From an uncultured Methanosarcinaceae archaeon (GTDB lineage: Archaea > Halobacteriota > Methanosarcinia > Methanosarcinales > Methanosarcinaceae): a DNA stretch of 64,000 nucleotides. The position numbers and the translations under genes were made by a program. Under the pieces are notes generated by a model, which ran no database searches, had not been told where the DNA came from, and saw nothing but the letters and a program-made list of their open reading frames with translations. The stretch lies in NCBI GenBank assembly GCA_963833425.1, contig CAWHXP010000012.1:50400-114399 (forward strand). The letters run 5' to 3'. The stretch's first letter is position 1; each line of letters opens with the position of its first letter. Below are positions 34,581 through 45,139 of the stretch, piece by piece.

Positions 34581-35325
34581 TGTTATTTCACTCTTCGTTT
34601 TAGTTTCTAAAGCACTGGTACGGATTTTGTTAGATAGCATTGTGTCATTGAGAATGGGAATATAATGGAATATAAGAAAAATTAACATAGAGTTACGACG
34701 GCAGTCGGAAAGCGTATTACCTTTTTTATATATAAATATATCCCAAAGGGGATTTTACTATTAGGTAATTATAGATTAGTGCTATCCATTTTTCAATGCT
34801 AGCAGTTTTAAAACTGCATCTCATTTTTTAACAATTAATATTGGGCAAAGTACATATCAGTTCCACGACCTGGTAATTACGCGATACTTGGACTATAATT
34901 CTGATAAATCAGTAATCTGGAACCTCCTTAGTCCCAAAATCTATTTTTACAAATGAAAGGATAATCAAAAACGATCCGTGTATGGTATAGATTTATCCTT
35001 CTGGCTAGAATTTTAAAATTTTTTTGGCATCATTAATATACCACCGATAGAGCAGACAGAACTAGTAATAATTTCTTAATGTTTCACTCCATACTGAAAC
35101 ATCTTCTACTGATTTTTTTGAATTTACGAGTAACGACCTTAGGTCAAGACTACATAATACAAAATTTGCATCAATGATGTCATTTTTTAATTACACAAAT
35201 TCTAATTTTATTGAAGATGTATTTTCTTCACTTCGAAAATAAAATACCAAAAATGTTATTTTTATATTAAACATTTCTCACTTAAGTTGAAAAATTCCTA
35301 TAATGGTATTCTAAGTTATGAATAA

Positions 35326-35348
35326 AATTCGTTAACTGTTAACGAATT
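35326..35348. other. Perfect 11-bp inverted repeat
   Basis: AATTCGTTAAC-T-GTTAACGAATT in the divergent intergenic region. Confidence 0.8.
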
Positions 35349-36004
35349 AGAAGTCTCTATAATTATTTATCTATTTATCTGCCGAAAAAGGTATGATATA
35401 AGTTCAATGGGGTATTCTAGGATTTTTAGGATATTTTCTATAGAGTTTGGAGAATAATGTGATTTGAAGTTCTTCTAGGATATACAATAAATTTTTATAG
35501 TAGTATATCAGAAAAAGGAAATAGTTATCCTAAATTTCAATATATAAAGTTTATAGTAGAGGTTAGAGCTAATAATTCTGACTAAAATCAAATTGTGAAT
35601 GGTTACACATACTAAAGACGAAGTCTGCCTCAGTTAATGTGCTCCGTTTCTAAGAAATCATACGTCTACTTAATCAATTTTCTTAATCTATCCGATTGAA
35701 ACTAACTCCTGGCGTTTCCTGTGATTTCGAAGTAACTAATTCCCAACGAATTGATGAAATCAAATGAACGAAAGGAAAAATTGGAGATGGGTCTCTTAAT
35801 TCTCTATCCAAAGGATATTGGTATTCGTTACACTCAGCGCTCCCTCAGTAGTAATCAAGAAATTAGGCATGTCGATAAACACAATCAAGATATCAACTTA
35901 ATTTTCATAATCTGTGATCCAATCCTTGCTCATTTTTCCTGGTATAAGAAACCAGATTTGATTTTTCCAGGTAAATGTTAATTCATTTTCTCGAGGTGTG
36001 CGGA

Positions 36005-37623
36005 TTGAAAAAAATAAATGTCGATATAGAAGAATTTAAACGGCTCCATGCTGAAGGCATGACTAACAAAGAAATCGGCAATTCTCTCGGCTTTTCTCAA
36101 GAAACTGCACGTAAAATACGCTCCAATTTAGGGCTACCACCACTTACAATAGGCAGAAAATCAGTAGTAAAAACTGCTGTAGACACTGATGAACTCAAAA
36201 GGCTTTATGCAAAAGGCCTTAGCGATAAGCAGATTGGTTTAGTCTTTGGCGTAAGTAATAAAACAATCTTTAATCATCGCAAGAGTCTTGGTTTAACTAG
36301 GTGTAAAAAGTGGGAGAGCTCAGCTTCTAACATCGAAAAATTCAAAAAGCTTTATTCTGAAGGCTTGAACGATACAAAAATCGCGACTGTTCTTTATATA
36401 TGCCGCGATACAGTACGTAAAATACGTCATAATCTCGGGCTGCCACCGCAGGCATTAGCTAGAAAGCACATCGACCTTGAGGAATTTAAGCGTCTCTTTG
36501 CTGAAGGGTTTACTGACAAAGAAATTGGCACCTTTTTCGGTGTCAGCGCTTATACGGTTTATGAAAGACGCCGTGATTTAGGGTTATCCCGACGCAAGCA
36601 GCAGATCAGTTTAAACAAAATAAACGTGGATGAATTCAAAAAACTGTATTCCGAAGGCATGAATGACAAAAGGATCAGCAAAGCACTTGGAGTACATTGT
36701 GAGAGAATCAAAGAAATACGCCGGCTATCTAGGTCTTGCACCGAATAAGGTACGGTTCCACGAGAAAAAACGAGAACTTTATGATGCAGGGATGTCTGAC
36801 GAGACAAATTGCGAGAAAAATTATCAGAAGCAAACAAAAGGTTGCTGAGTGGCGTCGAAACCATGGTCTTCCTCCAAATAATCAGGATGATGCACTTATC
36901 GATGCAATTGATGTAGAGTTATTAAAATTTGAAGAAGATGAGCCGATTCAACAGGACTCAGAGTCTCTTTTTTGTGATACTAAATTTTTGGAAAGTCTTG
37001 TAGGAAAAGCGCTAAAGAAGAAAATAGTTGTGTTGGGGCACACATTAAAAAAAATAAATGTCGATGAGCTTAAACAGCTCTTTGCCCAAGGTCTTAGCGA
37101 TGCTGAGATCGGCAAAGTTTTTGATGTTTGTGACAGGACAATCTCAAATCGCCGTCGCTGTCTTGGGCTATACAAGCAGAAACAGATGCCTAGACAAAAT
37201 AGGCGAAAAGACATTGACATTGATGAGTTAAAACAGCTATATCACGCGGGCATGAGCGATGCCAAGATTGGTAAAGTTATTAACATTTCTCAATCAGCTG
37301 TTTTCAGAATACGCCACCATCTCGGGCTTGCGCCGAATCGTGGAAGACGACACTGGGAGATGCGTGAGCTATATGACTTGGGGCTTTCAGATGGTAGAGT
37401 TGCGGAAATACTCAAAGTGAGAAAACACAGTGTCACTACATGGCGTCAAAGCCACGAATTGCCTGTAAATGATCCTGAAGATGCGAGTACCGATGGGCTC
37501 GATGCCAAGTTATCAAAATCCGAAGAAAAAAAACGGATTCTGAAAGACTCAGAATCGCTTTTTTATGATATCGAATTTCTTGAGAACTATCTCGGAAAAG
37601 ATATAAAAGGGAAATCTGTGTGA
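36005..37623 (+). pseudogene. Tandem helix-turn-helix repeat protein (9 repeats), two frameshifts
   Basis: TTG start behind GAGGTG; about 48-aa repeats DxxE(F/L)KxLYxxGxxDxxIxxxxxVSxxTxxxxRxxLGL; middle frame (36663 ORF) supplies LGLAPNK...RELYDAGMSD. Confidence 0.8.
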
Positions 37624-38517
37624 ACTACCTTTTGATACATCTCAATATTGCTCTTTCCATGAAAACTGCAGATAAAATAGTTGAAACATTATTTAGTGAC
37701 AGAATAAAACAAACTTTTGATCCCCAATTGATTGCTACTTTTCAAAGTATGTGGGATTGAACTTTCCATTAAACTTGGTAACAATTTATCGTAATACGCA
37801 AATTTGTAGCAAAACTACTTTTTTAAAATCATTGTCAATCATATTAAATGATATAGAGAGTACTAAATAAACAGTTGTTTGCAAAAAAATGGTTGAAAAA
37901 GTCAGTTTTTGACTTAAGCTTAGCTCAGATACCTATTCCTAGTTTAAAAATATCCCAAGTGCCAAATTTGATTTTAACCATGTTAATTTCAATATCGATT
38001 TCTAGATCAAATTGACATCGGATCTTTGCGTAGCGATATAGTGACTTTGGACGAAGCTTAAACTGAAGGCTTACTGAGGCGGTGGTGTAGATAGTTATTA
38101 ATTATACTCAAAAATCTGGCAAAAAAGTTAATATTAGCTTTTTTGGCCAAATTTGATAGTAATTATTTTTTTTTTCCACAATTTTCAGTAACTGACTTTC
38201 ACAACCTGAAATCTAGTTTCAAAATAACTTTTAGAGTAGGCGGGTTCGGAGAAAGATCAATTCAGTACAAAAAAGAATGGAATAAGTTTGGAATAATTAA
38301 TAATTCTACTTACCCCAGATGTGCACAAGAATGACATATATTTTTTAATATGACAGTAACTTCAAAATTAATCTAATTTTCAACGAAAAATAATGAGCAA
38401 ATAGATGAACAAATTTTACATCGTGTACATATGAGGAATGTCGGATCGACAATAAAAAAAATGTAATAATTTTGTTGAGAATAAACTGATTGTACAATAC
38501 ATAAAATTTACAAAAAT

Positions 38518-38538
38518 ACAGGTAAAAGTTTTACCTGT
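38518..38538 (-). terminator. Inverted repeat just after amtB
   Basis: ACAGGTAAAA-G-TTTTACCTGT followed by a T-tract on the minus strand. Confidence 0.6.
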
Positions 38539-38539
38539 G

Positions 38540-39733
38540 TTAAATATTATATGCGGCTTCACCATGCTGTGTCTGGTCAAGCCCGATGTTTTCTTCACTT
38601 TCACTCACTTTGAGCCCCATCGTCTTATTGATCACATATCCAAGAATCAATGTGCAGACGGATGCATATACAGCTGTGGCAACGACACCTTCAAGCTGAA
38701 TCACCAATTGGCTGGAATTTCCAAGAAGGAGACCTGCCGATCCGATGGTTGCGAATATGCCAGTGAGAAGCGCCCCTGTCATCCCGCCGACTCCATGGAC
38801 CCCAAAAACATCCAGTGAGTCGTCATATCCAAACTTTCCTTTGAGTTCGACAGCTGTATAACATATGATGCCAGCTATCAAACCTATTGGAATCGCTGCC
38901 ACAGGTGTGACAAAACCAGCTGCTGGAGTGATTGCAACCAATCCAGCCAGAACTCCTGTTGAAAAGCCAAGAGATGTAGGATGTCCTAAGTGATGCCATT
39001 CCAGAGCCATCCAGCAAAGTCCTGCAGCTGCTGGTGCCACTAGCGTGGTCAGAAATGCAACCGCTGCGGTCTCATTTGCAGCAAGGGCAGAACCGGCATT
39101 GAACCCAAACCATCCAAACCAGAGAAGCCCTGCACCAATAAGGGTGAGAGTAACATTGTGAGGTTTGATTGAATCAATCCCGTATCCTCTTCTCTTGCCA
39201 AGATAAGTCAAAATTGCAAGGGAGGAGATTCCTGATGATATATGGACAACAGTGCCGCCTGCAAAGTCTAGGGCTTTTCCTGTGAGAAATCCACCGCCCC
39301 AGACCCAGTGACAGATAGGTGCATAGACAATGATGCCCCATAATAAGATGAATGCAATATATGATTTGAATTTGATACGGCCTACAATCGCACCTGAAAT
39401 AAGGGCAGGGGTAATTATCGCAAACATACCCTGAAACGCAATAAATGCATATGTGGGAATGGTACCTGTTACTGAATAAATATTGATATCTCTCAAAAAT
39501 AAGTGTTCCAGGCTACCTATAAACCAGTTTCCGGTTCCAAAAGCAAGCGAATAACCTATTACTACCCATTCGATGGCTATGACACCAATTGCGACAAATG
39601 AATGCATCATGCTGCTCAAGACATTTTTTCGCTGGACCAGTCCGCCATAGAATAATGCAAGCCCTGGAATCATTAATAGTACAAGTGCCGATGAAATCAA
39701 CATCCAGCCAGTATCTGCTGCTACAATAGTCAT
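38540..39733 (-). CDS. amtB: Ammonium transporter
   Basis: PGLALFYGG, DFAGGTVVH, LLWFGWFGFN, DVFGVHG; twin His intact. Confidence 0.97.
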   Translation of the reverse strand: MTIVAADTGWMLISSALVLLMIPGLALFYGGLVQRKNVLSSMMHSFVAIGVIAIEWVVIGYSLAFGTGNWFIGSLEHLFLRDINIYSVTGTIPTYAFIAFQGMFAIITPALISGAIVGRIKFKSYIAFILLWGIIVYAPICHWVWGGGFLTGKALDFAGGTVVHISSGISSLAILTYLGKRRGYGIDSIKPHNVTLTLIGAGLLWFGWFGFNAGSALAANETAAVAFLTTLVAPAAAGLCWMALEWHHLGHPTSLGFSTGVLAGLVAITPAAGFVTPVAAIPIGLIAGIICYTAVELKGKFGYDDSLDVFGVHGVGGMTGALLTGIFATIGSAGLLLGNSSQLVIQLEGVVATAVYASVCTLILGYVINKTMGLKVSESEENIGLDQTQHGEAAYNI

Positions 39734-39746
39734 TTTCGATCACAAC

Positions 39747-40093
39747 TTAAATAGTATGAGGTCCTTTTTCATTCGTGCAGATCCTTGTGGTATCCTCAAG
39801 CGGTAGCATGAAGATTTTGCTGTTTCCAACCTTTCCTTCGTTCTTACTTATTGATTCTCTTTTTATTGCTTCAATTGTTGGTCGCAGAAAATCATCGTTT
39901 GCTGTGACTTCAAGCCTGATTTTTTTTGAGCAGCTTTGCTTCATAGTTCATCGCTCTGGTTTCTAGATGCCCTCTTTGGACAGCCATAACCGTAAACGGA
40001 GGAAGTTATTGGTCTATTAACCTCGATTCTCTGAAGCTCTCGCTTTACCGTCTCAGGTCTTTCCAGCCTTATCGTTTTACTTAAGTATTTCTT
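39747..40093 (-). pseudogene. glnK: PII protein GlnK, degraded
   Basis: Start reads AAG AAA TAC; fragments VKRELQRIEVNR, VYGYG, KIRLEVTANDDFL, VGNSKIFMLPL; directly upstream of amtB. Confidence 0.85.
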
Positions 40094-40303
40094 GGAACGC
40101 ACCAGCGGGTATCCTATATCCTAAGTTACAATATTTAAATTTATCCATCAAATCTAAACTATTTAACATTTAATCGTAACCAACGTTTAGAGAATGAATA
40201 AATTACAGTTTGTTTTTCAATCTGAGGACGGTAAAATAGCAAATTTATTTCGAGACGATATACTAATAACAATGCCAACAGAATAATTCAAGAGCAGTAT
40301 AAA

Positions 40304-40830
40304 TTTAAATAAAATCAAATAAGCAATGATTTGCTGGCAATATTGATAAAAATAAAGATAGTTGGGGTTTATTTAAATAATATAACATCACCAATATGTT
40401 GCCTGTAAATATCAAAAAAAATGTATAAAAAACAAAGAAATTAAATATAATGAAGTAACCAACAAATTACCGGTTTTGAAGTTAAATACAATTGAAGGAT
40501 AATTTTTAAATATTTTTAAATTTAAGGTGTTTACAGTCCACCACGTATGAGTTGTATTAATAGTAAAAATTCTAAAACAAGTAAGAGTTCTAAAACAATC
40601 ATAATTATAAAAACTCATTAATACTGTTTTTATTGAGTTTCTCCTCGGATAATAACTGACATATTTAATTTTTGTAAAAAACAAATATAAATACATTCGA
40701 TATATAAATATACATACAAATCTTTAAATACTTTAAAGTCACCAATTATCTGCCGGCAAATTTAGGTGATTTTCGAGTTTTAGAAAAAACATTAAATATA
40801 ATAAGATCACCAACTTATTACCGGCTTTAA
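40304..40830 (+). promoter_or_regulatory. Five promoter-like units WTTAAATA-N8-TMASCAA-N5-TRCYKG
   Basis: Units start at 40304, 40372, 40440, 40723, 40791 with identical internal spacing and 68-bp steps. Confidence 0.7.
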
Positions 40831-40948
40831 AAATGATATTCGGCAAAAAAGAACCTAACTTCTTCATTTCTTTGCATTTGTTTGATATATTAACAAAAAA
40901 CCGAAATTTATTCTGGATAAATGAATATTAAAAGGAGAATCTAACCCA

Positions 40949-42538
40949 ATGAATCATACGCAAGATAGTGACCAAACAGTAGATGGCAAATTGACCATAA
41001 AAATGAAGCGTACGCTAAACTTGACATCTCTTTTGGTAAATGCCATGGCACTCATCGCCCCGGGTGCTTTCTTGTGGACCACTTTTCAGGTACAGGCAGC
41101 GCAGATGAATGGTTCTGTAACAACTGCATCTGAGATGTGGACTGGATTGGTTGCTGCTCTTATTCTAGCTCTATTAACTGCAATCTCATATGCCGAGCTT
41201 TCACATATTTACCCCAAAGCAGGTAGTGGCTCTTCATATTATTTTGCTGAAGCTGCTTTTCTAGAGAAAGAAAAAGCAACTCATCGTCAGTGGGCGCGAA
41301 TTGCAAAGTTTCTGACAGGCTGGATCTCGCATCTCTATTACTGGATTTATCCAGGCATAATGATCGCATTTTCAGCTACTCTGATTGTTTACATCCTTGG
41401 TTTGTTCGGAATCACATTAGCGGCGTGGGAGCAAATTCTCGTAGCGGCACTATTTGCCTTCTTAAATGGATACATAGCTTATCGTGGAATTAGCGGTTCA
41501 ACCTTCACCGCGATGATCATTAATGCAATCCAGCTAGCTTCACTAGTTGGTTTTTCAGCGCTGGCAATCTTGTACCGGCATGCGCATCCGGAACTGGTTT
41601 ATACACAATCCATCTCTTCTATAATAATTCCGCATAACTTCACAAATGTGTTATTCCAGTCGACTATAGCCATTTTGTTATTGGTAGGTTTCGAATCAAT
41701 TACAGCGTTAGGTGCAGAGGCTATCAGGCCAAAGCATGACATTAAGAGAGCAATCATTTTGTCTCTGCTTATTCAGGGATTATTTGCCTATCTAATCGAA
41801 TATTTCGCCGCTAACTATTTTGTCGGTCCTCAATTGATTGGTGTAGATACAACTGGAGCTACAGTTACGGGCTATGCTGCAGCTGGGGCATCTGGAGCTC
41901 CGATTGGTGATATGATACGGATTATAGGCGACCAGATGCTGGGTGGTACCGGATTAGTTTTAGTTCTGATTATGGCTGCAACTGTAGTGCTGGCATTGAT
42001 CGGTACTACTCTAGCTTGTCTTAACACTGGAGTCCGTATTACATATGCAATGGGTCGAGATAGCGAAATACCTTCATTACTGGGTATTTTGCATGGCCGT
42101 TTTCTCACGCCACACTGGGGTATTTGGCTGCTAGTGTTATTTTCTGCAGCCTTTGGAGCATATGGAGTCCTAAATGTAGATAATTTGACTCAAATCACTT
42201 TAGCGTCTAATACGGGTACTTTCATACTCTACGGATTGACCAATCTCATTTGCTTCTGGGCATTTCTACATCGTTCTGATGCCAGTTTCTTTAAACACCG
42301 TGTTGTGCCACTATTTGGTTTCTTGGCTAATTTGTTAATGCTAGGGGCAGTTGTATATCTTGCCATTACCGCTGGTGGAGCTTCAGCAAATGATGCTGTG
42401 ATTGCTTTGGTTATGGTAGCAGTATGGCTTTTCATCGGAGCTGCATGGTTTATCATTAACACACGAAAGCAAGGTAGTAGGGTGCTGCCCCATCAAGCTT
42501 CTCAAATGACTGCCTCGGAACTTGCCCTTAATGAATAA
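40949..42538 (+). CDS. APC-family amino acid/amine permease
   Basis: About 12 TM segments, SYAELS..YPKAGSGSSY, LVGFES, RITYAMGRD; AGGAG RBS. Confidence 0.9.
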   Translation: MNHTQDSDQTVDGKLTIKMKRTLNLTSLLVNAMALIAPGAFLWTTFQVQAAQMNGSVTTASEMWTGLVAALILALLTAISYAELSHIYPKAGSGSSYYFAEAAFLEKEKATHRQWARIAKFLTGWISHLYYWIYPGIMIAFSATLIVYILGLFGITLAAWEQILVAALFAFLNGYIAYRGISGSTFTAMIINAIQLASLVGFSALAILYRHAHPELVYTQSISSIIIPHNFTNVLFQSTIAILLLVGFESITALGAEAIRPKHDIKRAIILSLLIQGLFAYLIEYFAANYFVGPQLIGVDTTGATVTGYAAAGASGAPIGDMIRIIGDQMLGGTGLVLVLIMAATVVLALIGTTLACLNTGVRITYAMGRDSEIPSLLGILHGRFLTPHWGIWLLVLFSAAFGAYGVLNVDNLTQITLASNTGTFILYGLTNLICFWAFLHRSDASFFKHRVVPLFGFLANLLMLGAVVYLAITAGGASANDAVIALVMVAVWLFIGAAWFIINTRKQGSRVLPHQASQMTASELALNE

Positions 42539-42672
42539 ACAGAAATTAATATAGAATCCAGGAATAATGCGAGTAGAGAAGCTTGAGACTAAGTTAAAGG
42601 GAAAAAAGCTCTTAACTAATAGGTTTTTTTCTCTTCTTTATTTTTAAACGATGAATATAACAAGTAGATACA

Positions 42673-43563
42673 ATGGGAGATAATACTGTAATGAAATCAA
42701 TAGATCAGACTCCAACACCTATTGCTGTCACTGTGAAGTGGCGGGTTGTAACACACAAAGGTTTGGTGCGTTCACAGAATGAGGATGCCCATTATGTAGC
42801 CCATAAAGTCGATGCAAAAACGGAGGGAAAATCTACTTCACGTTACCTTTTCGCTATCGCTGATGGGCTCGGCGGACATAAAGGTGGAGCCGTTGCAAGC
42901 AGAATAGCCTTGAAAGCCATTAAAGACGAATTCACGAACTGGCATGGGGAAGCAGCGAATCATTTTGTTAGTCGGGCATTAAAGCACGCTAATCAGGAAG
43001 TATTCATAGCGGGTAATTCGCAACCGAAATTGTTCGAGAATATGCAGACCACATTAACTGCTATAACACTGGATCACGGTTCATTGACAGTCGGGCACGT
43101 GGGTGACTGTCGATTTTATAGAATAAGAAATGGCAGTATCAAATTATTGACCCGGGATCACACAATGGCTAACGACTTGCTCCATTTACATCTCATCTCA
43201 CATAAACAGGTTCAGCAGCATCCTGGACGCCATCAACTTACTCGCTCAGTAGGTGGCGAGCCGGTTTTAAATGTAGATATAATACGTGAGCACATCCTGC
43301 CCGGTGATACTTATTTACTTTGCAGTGATGGGTTATGGTCCGAGATTAGTGATGAAGAAATAGAGATTGTTATGCAAGAAAACAACATTGACACTGCTTG
43401 TGGCGAACTTGTCGGACTTGCGCTGAAAGCAGGGGCTCCTGATAACATTACTGCCATTATTTTTCGCGTTGAAACTATAGGAAAAGAAGATGCTTCACCA
43501 TTTTCCTGGCGGGCGATTCTGGATTACGTCCCCGATTTATTGAACAAGAACTCTGGATCTTAA
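42673..43563 (+). CDS. PPM/PP2C-family Ser/Thr phosphatase (PrpC/Stp1-like)
   Basis: RSQNED, IADGLGG, HVGDCR, TRDH, LTRSVG, CSDGLW, GAPDNIT all intact. Confidence 0.93.
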   Translation: MGDNTVMKSIDQTPTPIAVTVKWRVVTHKGLVRSQNEDAHYVAHKVDAKTEGKSTSRYLFAIADGLGGHKGGAVASRIALKAIKDEFTNWHGEAANHFVSRALKHANQEVFIAGNSQPKLFENMQTTLTAITLDHGSLTVGHVGDCRFYRIRNGSIKLLTRDHTMANDLLHLHLISHKQVQQHPGRHQLTRSVGGEPVLNVDIIREHILPGDTYLLCSDGLWSEISDEEIEIVMQENNIDTACGELVGLALKAGAPDNITAIIFRVETIGKEDASPFSWRAILDYVPDLLNKNSGS

Positions 43564-44214
43564 TAATTTCTTTTAATCGATTTTTCGCAAATCTATGAAA
43601 AAAATGGCATATCTTTCCTCAATATGAAAGTAGCTCAAAAATCAATCTGACTTCCAATGAATCAATAATGGGCAATAAACAAACAAATTATGCATGTGTA
43701 TGTATCTAGAAAAATTATGAGGTTTTATAATATGATCTTTACAAGGGGAATAAATACAAAGCCTCCAATATTTTCTGGAAAAGCTCGCGAAGAAGCGAAA
43801 TTGGATTCTGGTCTACTTCATTCATGTTCGATTGCGGAATATAGTACCATTAAAATGGTGCCGCAATCTTTCATCTCGATTTGCAGTTATGAGTTACGCG
43901 ATATTGAATAACTGAAAACTCTTAAAGACAGTAAAAAAAATATTCTAATAATTTCTTTTATTTCGCCTCTTCCGTTGTATGTTGTTCTGAAATATTTTGG
44001 TTATTCAAATATAAGCATTTAATTAAAAATTTTACTTATTTTGTAAGTATAATGAATTCACGAATTTATATAATCATAGTTATATCTTTGTGGTTGTGGA
44101 TATATGGTAAAAATGAACCAATTTTCGAGGCAAAATTATCTCGGGATAAAACATTGCTTGATTAATTTGAAAACTAATCTTGAATCAAGGTGCTCATCCA
44201 GGGAAAGATGCTTT

Positions 44215-44550
44215 GTGTATACAATTCTCCTGTTTATCCTTGCAGGTATTTTTGAAATTGGTGGAGGATATCTTATCTGGTTATGGCTGCGAGAAGGAAG
44301 AGAGCTGATATTTGCATTTTCAGGGGCAATAGTTTTGTTTCTTTACGGTATCATACCAACATTCCAGCCTTCATATTTTCATAGAATATATGCGACTTAT
44401 GGGGGCATTTTTGTCGTTATGTCTATTTTATGGGGCTGGCTATTCGATAAAATCCAACCTGATACTTATGATCTCATCGGCGCCCTGATCATTCTCATCG
44501 GTGTTTCAATTATATTTTACTGGCCAAGGAAAGATGATGCTAATGGTTGA
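44215..44550 (+). CDS. ynfA: YnfA/UPF0060 SMR-like membrane protein (start uncertain)
   Basis: AGIFEIGGGYLIWLWLR, RIYATYGGIF. Confidence 0.85.
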   Translation: MYTILLFILAGIFEIGGGYLIWLWLREGRELIFAFSGAIVLFLYGIIPTFQPSYFHRIYATYGGIFVVMSILWGWLFDKIQPDTYDLIGALIILIGVSIIFYWPRKDDANG

Positions 44551-44872
44551 TATTGGAATTTCTCTCTTTCTATTCTTTCTGGCAGCTTTATTCGAAATCG
44601 GAGGAGGTTATCTAGTCTGGTTATGGTTGAGGGAAAATAAGGGACTAACCTATGGTTTCCTTGGTGGTTTAACATTAGCCGTCTATGGGATAATTCCAAC
44701 TTTCCAGCATGCGCATTTTGGTAGGGTCTATGCTGCGTACGGAGGGATCTTTATAGTTTCGTCTCTTATATGGGGCACATTTGTCGATAAGAAGAGACCT
44801 GATAAATATGAAATAATAGGGGCTTTGATTGCTTTAGTAGGGGTTTTTATAATGTTTTATATTCCACGCTAA
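44534..44872 (+). CDS. ynfA: YnfA/UPF0060 SMR-like membrane protein, tandem paralog
   Basis: AALFEIGGGYLVWLWLR, FGRVYAAYGGIF. Confidence 0.9.
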   Translation: MMLMVDIGISLFLFFLAALFEIGGGYLVWLWLRENKGLTYGFLGGLTLAVYGIIPTFQHAHFGRVYAAYGGIFIVSSLIWGTFVDKKRPDKYEIIGALIALVGVFIMFYIPR

Positions 44873-45036
44873 TGAATTATATTCATTATCAATTTGTATC
44901 CAGCAAGTAATTTGGTAACTTCCGTGAGATATTGATTAATTCTGAAAAAAGTGACTACAACTCTTACATTTGAATAAAATGTGAAGATATTCTTTTACTC
45001 AATGTTTTCAGTAATTTTAGACATTATAGGAATTTG

Positions 45037-45139
45037 GATTCTATAGAAATCCTCAATTTAATCCAAATTAGTTTGACCTTAATGTTTACTTATTTATTTT
45101 GAATACCTACAGTTGATTTAGTAGTTTTTCTACAGAACT
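45037..45139 (-). mobile_element. MITE family B, 103-bp derivative of the IS at 14824
   Basis: gattctatagaaatcctcaattt matches the reverse complement of that IS right end; tttctacagaact matches its left end. Confidence 0.65.

Noticed and set aside
34690..34725. GC-rich patch upstream of the KimA-like gene as a c-di-AMP riboswitch
   Set aside because: Only a 4-bp hairpin; ydaO consensus elements not recognisable.
40304..40830. 68-bp periodic units as a degenerate CRISPR array
   Set aside because: The period is CRISPR-like, but units are gapped motifs rather than identical repeats, begin with TATA-like boxes, and no cas genes are present.
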